This document shows positions 1 to 9,083 of a DNA stretch of 64,000 nt, in pieces. The position numbers were made by a program, and so were the translations under genes. The notes beneath the pieces were generated by a model, which did no database searches, was not told where the DNA came from, and saw nothing but the letters and a program-made list of their open reading frames with translations. The DNA comes from Camelus ferus (taxonomy: Eukaryota): assembly GCF_009834535.1 (NCBI RefSeq), contig NC_045696.1:60576001-60640000 (forward strand). The letters are read 5' to 3'. Each line of letters opens with the position of its first letter. Within the stretch, counting starts at the first letter, position 1.

Positions 1-44
1 ACTTGACTCCTACCCCCCCACCCCACACACAGGAATCAGCAATT

Positions 45-228
45 TCAGTACTTGATGCTAAATTCTAAGACCAGGGAGGAACAGGGAGTTTGGGGAGCCA
101 GAGGCTTTTCGATTTGGAGCTCAGGGAAGAGCTCCCAGAGGAGCTTGTGAAGATAGTTCTCCAGGTAAAGGAGATGGGGCTGGGGGATGAGCCCACCCCA
201 GGCAGCAGAAGCAGCAGGTCCAAGGGTC
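45..228 (-). pseudogene. Candidate terminal exon of the same unidentified gene
   Basis: Acceptor CTCACCTGCTTTTGTTTGCCTCAG|G; open frame TLGP...HLLYLENYLHKLLWELFPELQIEK...KY*. Confidence 0.35.
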
Positions 229-1354
229 CTGAGGCAAACAAAAGCAGGTGAGCTCAGGGAGCTGCAGAGAGCATCCCCTGCTGTCCGTAATACCAAGCTC
301 TCTCAGTCAGCCTGCTTCCAGGCAGAGGCCCTGTCAAGAATATCCAGGCCCCACCAAAGCTGTGGTTTAGTTGCTACCTCTAACAGGATACAGGGGTCTT
401 CAGTTACCTCCAAGTCCGGGCATGTCCCCCAGAGAGGAACATGAGCGGGGCCCGAAAAGGAGCCATCTGGAGCTCAGGTGTCAGGCTGGCTTGGTGAGCT
501 CACCACAAGTGGGAAGGTCACAGGACTCCCGAGGCTCTGCCAACCTCCAAAGAAACCCTCTGTCCATCCCTCACGGGGGGCCCCCTGCTGGCTGGGCCAA
601 CAAACGTGGGAGCCAAGACTTCCAGGAATGGTCCCCCCAGATGTGTGGCCCAGCTCGCCTGTGTTTCTCAGGGCTCAGGCCACCTGCTACACCCAGGTGT
701 CACTGGCTTCCTGCCCACCCGCCAAGGTGTCACATACACAGGCTCAGGTTTAGGAGGGAATCCGAGAGGTGTTTGTAATGGTAACCGTCCAAAGTTCCTG
801 CTTGGCTGAAATGCAGTGTTTATCCCTGTCATTCAGCCAATTGCTTTCCTATGTCCTCCCCCAAAACCACTCTCTCCAGGTGCCCCCTGACCTGGTGTGG
901 GGGCTCGCCTTATTCCTCTTCCAGTCCCCCTCCCTGGCTACTGAGCAGGTGGTGAGATGGGATAGCCAGAGAGGTGTGGGTAAGCCACTCCGGCCCACTG
1001 GTTCAGGAGACAAATACAGAGAGAGAACACATTAAGGAAGGGACACTGTCCAAAAGTCGGGAATCTGTATTCACTGGCTGTGTGACTGTGAGCAATTCAC
1101 TTCCCCTCTCTGGTCCTGTTTCCTCATTTTTACAATTAGGGGAAATCCTCTCCAAGCTCATTTCTTGCTGAAGATTCTGGAATTATATCATTGAAAAAAC
1201 TAGAGTCTTTTTCAAGGGTCATACAGATTCTTCAACTGAGGACATCATCCCTTCCACCAACTTACCAGGGCTGCGGAGAGACGGAAGGAAGCAGAAGTGG
1301 GACTCCCTGAGCCTCTGCTGAGCCACGGACCAGGCATTAGATCTCACAAAGGTC

Positions 1355-1921
1355 TGTTACTGAACCAGGTTCCAGATTTGTTTTGCCCCCATGTAGAAAA
1401 CACTGAGATGTTACAGCAAAGAGAAGGTTTATTCACAAGGCAGCCAAGCCAGGAGAAGGGAGAACAAGTCTCAGGTCCACTCCCCACAGGCAAGGGTATT
1501 TCTGGGATTAAGACTAAAGCAGAAGGGCGGTCTGAGGTGTGGGGAGCGTAGGGAAAGGTGATTGAGAAAAGGTGTGGTCATCGTTTTTCTGTGCAGGTTT
1601 AACTAAGCTACAGGTGTCGGCAGGTTGAAAAATGGAGGCACTTGGCACCATCTGAGGGTGGAGTTTTCAGTCCTCTGACGTCAAAAGGTCACCGAGAGGA
1701 CACTTGCACATGCCCAGTTGGAGGGTTGGTGGTCCTAGCCAGTCTCAGTCAGCTCAGCTCAAACTAGACACAGCTGACTCCAAGTTCCTGGAAAACAACT
1801 CAAGCAAACATCTTATTGTTCAGGCCACATGCTACCTAGAGGATGTGCGAGTCCTCTGTGGTCGACCTTGATTAATGAAGGCAGGTGAAATGGATTTGAC
1901 TCATGGGTACCCACGGTCTCA
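1355..1921 (-). mobile_element. Solo ERV LTR
   Basis: TG...CA termini; flanks ggtc/gggc as a near-TSD; minus-strand AATAAA near 1428-1433. Confidence 0.65.
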
Positions 1922-2639
1922 GGGCTGCCACCAGGACTTGGGGCAGTAGGGCCAGGGTTCTTCAGTCGTCCCCACCTCACCAACACAACAGCACAGAGGT
2001 AACACTGGGGTTTCTATCAGACCTGACCAACATTTCTAATATGCTATTAAGTCCTAGGAGAAGCCAATCCTCCGTGTGGAAGTGTGTCTATAAGATGTAC
2101 CTACGGAGATAGATCTAGATATATAGAGAAAATTGTCATCTCTCTCGCTTCATGTATGTATATGAACATACAGTGAATCAAGAAAAGGAGAATTATGTGG
2201 TAAATTCTTACATTAGGGATGTAAGGGAGACAGGGAGCGACGATACCCTGGTTCACAAAGAGGATCTTCAGCTTGCTGATGGGCGCTGAGTGGTGCCCAA
2301 ACACTAGCAGTGAGCAGTCTTCCTGTATGCTGCTTACGCTGGGTGGACCTCTGGAGGTTCAGAGTTATTTCTGGGTCCTAAGTTTTGAGAAGGATACTTC
2401 AAACCAGAGGCTTCCAGGTAATATCAGCTCAGGTAGGGTGGATTCTGGAAAGCATGTGAGTGATGGTGGAAAGAAATGGGCATCCAGAGCCTGGACAAGA
2501 GCAGATGGGGAGGAATGGAGTCTTGGACACACAAAGGCAATGGGTATTTGGTTAGCGTAGAAATAGAATTTTTACTGAAATCTGAGTAGAAGGAAGAAAT
2601 ATTAGTTACAATGCTCACACACATCCACACGTACAGTTT

Positions 2640-2855
2640 CACCCTTGGGTCGCCTTTCATTCAGTCTGCTCCCCTCCATGACTTGGCTCATTCCCAGGGT
2701 TCACTTTCCACCTATCTGCTATCTGTCTCCCAAACCCATCTTCAGCCAAGACCCCTCCAGAGTTTCAGACCTGCACATCCAACTCCCTCCTGGTCCCCTC
2801 GACCTCGATGTTCTCATGCGCAGCCAGCACAACATGCCCTAAAGTGAACTCTTCA
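2640..2855. mobile_element. LINE-2 fragment
   Basis: L2-like text cagacctgcacatccaactccc...caacatgccctaaagtgaactc. Confidence 0.5.
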
Positions 2856-2857
2856 CA

Positions 2858-3017
2858 TTTTTTTTTAATATCCAATTAATTTAATTTAATTAATTTATTA
2901 TTTTTTTGGTGGGGGTCAGGTAATTAGGTTTTATTCTTAGAGGAGGTACTGGGGATTGAACCCAGGACCTCATGCATGCTAAGCATGCATTCTACCACTT
3001 AAGCTATACCCTCCCCC
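2858..3017 (-). mobile_element. Vic-1-type camelid tRNA-derived SINE
   Basis: Reverse complement GGGTATAGCTTAAGTGGTAGAATGCATGCTTAGCATGCATGAGGTCCTGGGTTCAATCCCCAGTACCTCC with an A-rich tail. Confidence 0.85.
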
Positions 3018-4329
3018 CTTCACCACATATTCAATGACCGCTTTGGGAAGGGCTTCAACTTTTACCGGCTCCGTTTTTACCCATCATGTCTGGAAGGCAA
3101 GGAAGGGTATGGAATGTGTCATTTATAACTAAACTCTACTGTGGTGGTTACTATTTCCATTTGCTTCTATCCTTAGAATGAGTTGTTTTCAACTTGGTTG
3201 CTCATTGGAAACACCTGGGACAGTTTGAGAACGTGCAGATTTTCCAGGTCCCACTCAAAAACTCCGTGTATTTTAACTTTTTTTTCCTCAAATTTTCAAT
3301 CCTACTACTGATATCAACAAAAGTCAGTTATGCTAATTAACAAGTCATAAATTTCACCCCTGAAAATTCATTTCTCACATTTATTATAGTCAGTAGAAAA
3401 GTTCAGGGATTAATTTGAAGGAATAAATGTCTTGGCCCTTAGAACCATACTTGACCAGTATGGTTCTCTACAGTCCTCTCCTTCATTCTCTTAAAACTTA
3501 CCACCTCTGGGAAGCATTATCCACTTGACGCCTCCAGACAGAATCTGCCCTTCATTCAGCCTCTCTGAGCATCAGTGCTTGATTGCACAGTATTAATTTG
3601 TTCTCACAATTCTGTCCTTTGGAGAAATTCTCAGATCACTTTCTCTCTCTCTCTCTCCCCAAACTGCAAGCTCAGGAGCAGGGAAAGAAAGGGGAAGGCA
3701 GCCAGGGCAGGTAGTGAAGGGGCTAATGTCCAGGCGGGCCCACACAACTTTCAGTGGCTCCCATGCTGCCCCTTGGTCTGGGGATGGCCCTGAGTTTGCT
3801 GCCTCAGACTTGCTTCTCCTGACAAGAAGCTGTCATTCTGGAGCCTCGATGCGTTGCTGGCTACCTTTCTGTATTTTTGATAGCTCTTCCCTTTGAACAA
3901 ACAAAACATGGTTATGCTCACTTTGTGGGTGGGGGATGGGGGATGGGTAAAGTGTAGGCAATTCTAAATGGTAGGTCATTGCCAAATTATTTTAAAACCA
4001 GCATGGGAATGAAATTAGACAGGAGTGTTCTAGGATACACCACCACTCCTGCATCAGCCGCTGCTTCGGTTACACATGCTACTCCTCACTCAGTCTCATT
4101 TTGACCAGTGCTGGGGCTGGAAACTCAGCCAGAGCCGCTACACGAAAATCCTCACAGGTCACCTCTCATAGATAATCGAGAGCTGACTTTTTCTAATGAA
4201 CTACATGCTCAAAGAAGAATTAGGAGACCATGAAGTCCACTCAACATTATTGGAAATACACTATGTACCATTTTAGGTAGGATATAAAACTTACCAATAT
4301 GAGGCTAAGTAGATAAATTATGGTCTATA

Positions 4330-4620
4330 TGGAATACTGCATGGCCAAAAAGTGATTGAGGTACACATATTGACAAGGTGCACTTTTCAAGATAGTCTAA
4401 GTATGCACTGCATGCCCCCATTTGTGTGCGTGGGTGTATACACATATATATGATAGACTGCTTCTGGAAGGAAGGATGCACAGGAACCCAACAACAGTGG
4501 CTACCCCTGTGGAGAGCAACAGCGAGACAGGGGGTGGGGAACAAGAGAGGGTGCAACTTTTCATGTATAGGCCTATAGCACCATTTGGATTTTTTTTTAA
4601 CCATCTTCATATATTAAAAA
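4330..4620 (+). mobile_element. Old L1 (L1ME-like) 3' end fragment
   Basis: atggaatactgcatggcc...ctggaaggaaggatgcacaggaac...aacagtggctacc. Confidence 0.5.
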
Positions 4621-5092
4621 AATTTTTAACGTTTTCCTGAAATGTCAAGTATGAATTTCACAATCTACAAGAAACTTTGGTATGTCCTTCATCATTTACA
4701 ATATTATAGGATCTTTGATTTTAATGCCATGGGGTCTTTGATTTGACCTCTTTTACTTCACTGGGTGAGGATGGGGGAACAGATTTTTTTTTTTTTGCCT
4801 TTATGTGCTTATTGTGTATTTTCTACCTTTTTCTCTGCTTCTTATATGCTTGGGAAATGTCTGGTGAGATACTAAATGGTTCACAGTGGTTACATTTAGG
4901 GTATAACTTTGCAGTTGGTTGGAATAGCAGCCTTCTACTTTTTGCTTTATTTTGGTACTGTTGAAATTTTGCGTCATTATGTATTACTTACATAACGGAA
5001 GTCTACGGAAGTCTAATTTTTAAGAAGTACATATAAGAAATAATTACCCAAAGAAAAGAAGGTAATCTATCAGATAAAGAATACCCCCATAC

Positions 5093-5502
5093 CTGCAGAT
5101 GATAGGAATCATATTTGTAAAAAGATATCACTATACACCAAACAGCTTTGCAGCCAAAAGAAAAATAAGTTTCCACTACCTCAGTTTCAGGTGTAGTGGT
5201 TAAGTATTCAATGTATGTTAGCGATATCGTCTGAAATCAAGGCCTTAGCAACTGAGTATTTAGGAATTTCTTTTCTGCTGATGGTGCTTCTACCACACAG
5301 GTATGTGAAAGGGATGTGTTATTCATTTGCACTGTTGCTATTGAGTCAACTAGTTTCACCTTCAACTGAGGTTGATTTTATAACCATCTGCTAATTAACA
5401 GATTTCCTAAAACTTCTGCACTTTGAGCGCCCACCTCGTGAACATACTCCCTGTTAGAGCTTCAAGTATGAGGCATCATCTGCTTTAGGTTCAACAAATA
5501 TT
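5093..5502 (-). pseudogene. Candidate pseudo-exon (410 nt) of an unidentified decayed gene
   Basis: Acceptor ctcatttttcttag|AA and donor CAG|GTATGG. One frame runs 136 codons with only 3 stops. Confidence 0.45.
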
Positions 5503-5659
5503 CTAAGAAAAATGAGCACAGGAATAATAGGAGAGGGAGATGGCTGAAGGGCGGCTGGGTGAAAGTCAGAGGAATTTCAGCATTGGTGGGAGGAGAGTGG
5601 GGGACGGGGACACATATTGTCTAGCAGGCAGCTGCCCAGTGATGGATTAAACTTTCCCA

Positions 5660-6740
5660 ACATGAAGTATGATGTTAGCTGTAGGTTTTCCACAGATGCC
5701 CTTTATAAGACTAAGCTCCCTTCTATTTCTAGTTTGCTGAGTTTTGAATCATTGTCAAATGCTCTGTCTGCATGTATTGAAAATATCATGAAGTACTTCC
5801 TTTATTCTGTTAACGTGGTAGATTATAGTAACTGACTCTTTTAATTGTAAACCAACCTTGCATTCTGACATAAATGCTACTTAGTCATAAGGTATTATGC
5901 TCTTTACATACTGTGGGATTCAATTAGCTAATAGTTTAATGATTTTTGCGTCTATGTTCATGATATATATAGATACACCACTTTCTTTTCTTGAAATCTT
6001 TGGCCAGTTTTGTTATTAGGGTGATACTTGTTCTCATTAACAAATTTTTTTTCTCATTAAAAAAAAGTATTTCCTTTTCCCTATTTTCTGAAAATATGTA
6101 TAGAATTAAAACTTTTTCTTCCTTAAATCTTTCATAGAATCCACTAATAAAGACATCTGAACCTGGAGTTCTTTTGTAGGAGTATTTCTGATAATAATTG
6201 GGGGGGGGGAGTAATTAGGTTTATTTATTTATTTTTTTAATGGAGGTACTGGGGATTGAACCCAGGACCTCATGCATACTAGGCATGTGGTCTACCACTG
6301 AGCTATATCTTCCAATAAACTTCTTTGATATAAGGCTAGTCCCATTTTTTGGTCTCATCTCATATTAGTTTTAGTAAGTTATACTTTTCAAGGAATTTGG
6401 TGACTTCATCTAATTTATTGGGTTTACAGTTCTCCATAATATTCCTTATTATCCTTTTAATGTCTGTAAGAACTATAACATCCCCCCTTCATTGGGGATT
6501 ATCCCTGATAGGGATAACCTGTGCTTTTTCTTTTTCCATACAGTTTTGCTAGAGGTTTAACTTTATTAAAGTTACCAACTCAAAGAACCAGCTTCTGGCT
6601 TTGTTAACTTTATACTGTTTTCAATATCACTGATTTTTGCTCTTATTTTTAATACTTCTTCTACTTTGAATTTAATTTGTTCATTTTCCCCCCCTAGTCT
6701 CTTCCATCCTTTCAAATACATAAATATTTAAAGCTATATT
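5660..6740 (-). mobile_element. Old L1M ORF2 fragment (interrupted by a SINE)
   Basis: aagtatgatgttagctgtaggtttt...ttctatttctagtttgctgag...aaccaaccttgcattc, typical antisense L1 text. Confidence 0.7.
6199..6313 (-). mobile_element. Vic-1-type SINE
   Basis: ggaggtactggggattgaacccaggacctcatgcat...taccactgagctata, same family as 2858-3017. Confidence 0.85.
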
Positions 6741-7909
6741 AATTTAGGAAGCTAGTACAATTCTACTGATTTGGCCATGTTACTTTATTCCACTGGGTTC
6801 TTCAACCTTGAATGAAATTCCTAAATATTTTTAAGGAAAAAACTTTAGGAGAATCAGTAAATTCTACCCTGGAAGAGAATATGCATATAAATCTAAAACT
6901 GATTATAAGGATATAAAAAGCCTGCCATTCCTGTTACATAACTCTTGGTTTTTCATTCCATTCCAAGCTGGGTATGTGTTTATTCTAAAGATATTTGAAT
7001 TTTAAAAACCCTCAGTTCCTGTTTTGGATGCTACGTTGTAATTACCAGTGACTCATTCATCCATACCCAAGTTTTTGGATGTAAATGAAGGTTAGGTATG
7101 ACTTCAACTAATTTTAATGCTTTGACTACACCAACTACATCACTAGAACATTATCAAGGTGAAATTTTCCTCTGTTACTAAGTATTTAATGAGACAGTCC
7201 TCATTCTTTAGTTATTGCTTGTGTATTTTTTGGATATCTAACTTCCCCCCTTTAAAAAATTCATTTTGAGTTCTGATTTTTAAATACTGAAAGGGTTAAT
7301 GCATATAGATTATTTTCTTTATACTTATTCTGGATAGTATAAAAAATTATTTGTCATAAAATTTCTTTACAATTTTTTAAAAGGAATTACTGTGCTATTA
7401 AATGAAACTTTTTCAAAATCAATCCATGTCAAGATATTCCTACTTAAATATACACACAACCATGTGAATATTTGTATATTTCAGAGAAGATAATAAAATA
7501 TTTTTCCTAATTCATCTTTTAAAACATAGGTAATCAATAGACTTCTCAAATCAAGTCAGCTAGTAAAAAAAATCGAACACATTTTACATTTACTCTAAGG
7601 TTAGGCTGGGAAAAAAGGCTTTTGATTTTTAAATGCCAAATGGAAAGCTGTTTTAGTTCATGAGCCAAGAGATGATAAAATTCAATGGAATGAAATGTGT
7701 ACCGATACAGATGACTTGTTTCTAATAAAAATCATGTATCATTTCAGCATCTTATTGTTTAAAAAAACCAACATTTTGGCACAAGACAAATTTATACAAT
7801 TAAACACTTCAAAACATAAACTGGCATATATTATTTTTCCACAGGGTATCAGATATTATATCAGATATAATAGGTACAGACCACTGTTAAAATAACAAAA
7901 ATCCTGTGA

Positions 7910-9035
7910 AAATCAACACAATACTTCATTTATTTATTATATAAGTTTGGTAAACAGCACAAAAATTTAACATTTTAAACATATAAAAAAGTCAAATGCT
8001 GAACAGTACTGGAGATTTCCTTTTTTTACATAATTAGTAATAATGAGTACACATGTAGGGTTCTGCAAAGCAAGCAAAATACCAAGGGTGCTTGGCTTCT
8101 GAACATATACCACAAAAATACGCACAAAAAAAAATATAATTTATCTTTACAAAAATTACAGCCAAGCGGTAAAAAAAGAAGGATGTTAATAATGAAGATA
8201 CTAACACATACGTTCACTACATCTATCTTATACAATGAAATGCTACATCTTGTACCCTGAAATGCCATGTGTAGAGAGCTAAGCAGAGTAAATTCAGGCT
8301 CATCACTGAGGTTAAGAATTACTTGAGAATTTAATGCTTGTCTATAACATACTCATTTAAAACTTTCTATATAGTAGTTCCAAGATCATAACAATGTATT
8401 CCACTATATATCTGAGAAGTTGAGTCTTCTTTGTTGGCAGTATAAAAATTTTGACCAGTATCAAAATTCAGGTAAAACACAAGTTGAAGGCATTTTCTAG
8501 TGTATGCAAATGTTATAGGGGCAGTAATGAATGTGGGAAAAATTCCTAGATTTCACACTAAATTTCTGCTGAGCTTTGTCAAATCAAACAGCTCAACTAT
8601 AAGGCAAGAAAAAATAACCACCTATAACAGATTAGTGGGTCTTAACAAGTAAAAATAAGAATCCAGTCTGAGGAAAAAACTCCCTGCATAAGCAGATCTG
8701 AAACATTGAACAAACATTGAAACAAACATCTAGAAATTACCTAACATCTTGATATTTGGTCACTGGTTCAGAAGCCTGACGATTTGTTGGTATAATTTAT
8801 CTAATTAACATTTCAAAATCAGCACCAGTCCCCAAAACCTCAAATTATAATATTTAATCTTCATTAAAATACATCCTTTTTGTGCTATATTAACACTACT
8901 ATAATCAAGTTAAAGGAAATTAAATTTACTCAACTTATATATTTTTGTGTATACTGGGTAGCAACTTAAATTTTTTAATTTACTTGTGCTTCTGTTTTGG
9001 GGCACTTTGATTGAAGAGAAATTTATTTCACAGGA
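7910..9035 (-). other. SNX4: SNX4 3' UTR (end approximate)
   Basis: Repeat-free AT-rich stretch from the stop codon to overlapping AATAAA hexamers. Confidence 0.75.
7929..7938 (-). terminator. SNX4 polyadenylation signal (AATAAATAAA)
   Basis: The plus strand reads tttatttatt. A GU/U-rich element (TGTGTTGATTTT) follows on the minus strand. Confidence 0.75.
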
Positions 9036-9083
9036 TTACATCTTGCTAAAGCATTCCTTAGCATTGGTCCAAACTTGAATTCC
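9036..9083 (-). CDS. SNX4: SNX4 exon 14 (coding part and stop)
   Basis: tttttaaag|[18 protein letters not shown] then TAA at 9038-9036. Confidence 0.97.
   Translation of the reverse strand, partial: GIQVWTNAKECFSKM

Noticed and set aside
371..809. Cluster of plus-strand ORFs up to 135 aa
   Set aside because: GC-rich region with several frames open at once; no splice structure or recognisable motif on the plus strand.
3500..3620. Minus-strand donor GTG|GTAAG at about 3501 as part of the relic gene
   Set aside because: The surrounding text looks like LINE-2 and I found no coherent frame.
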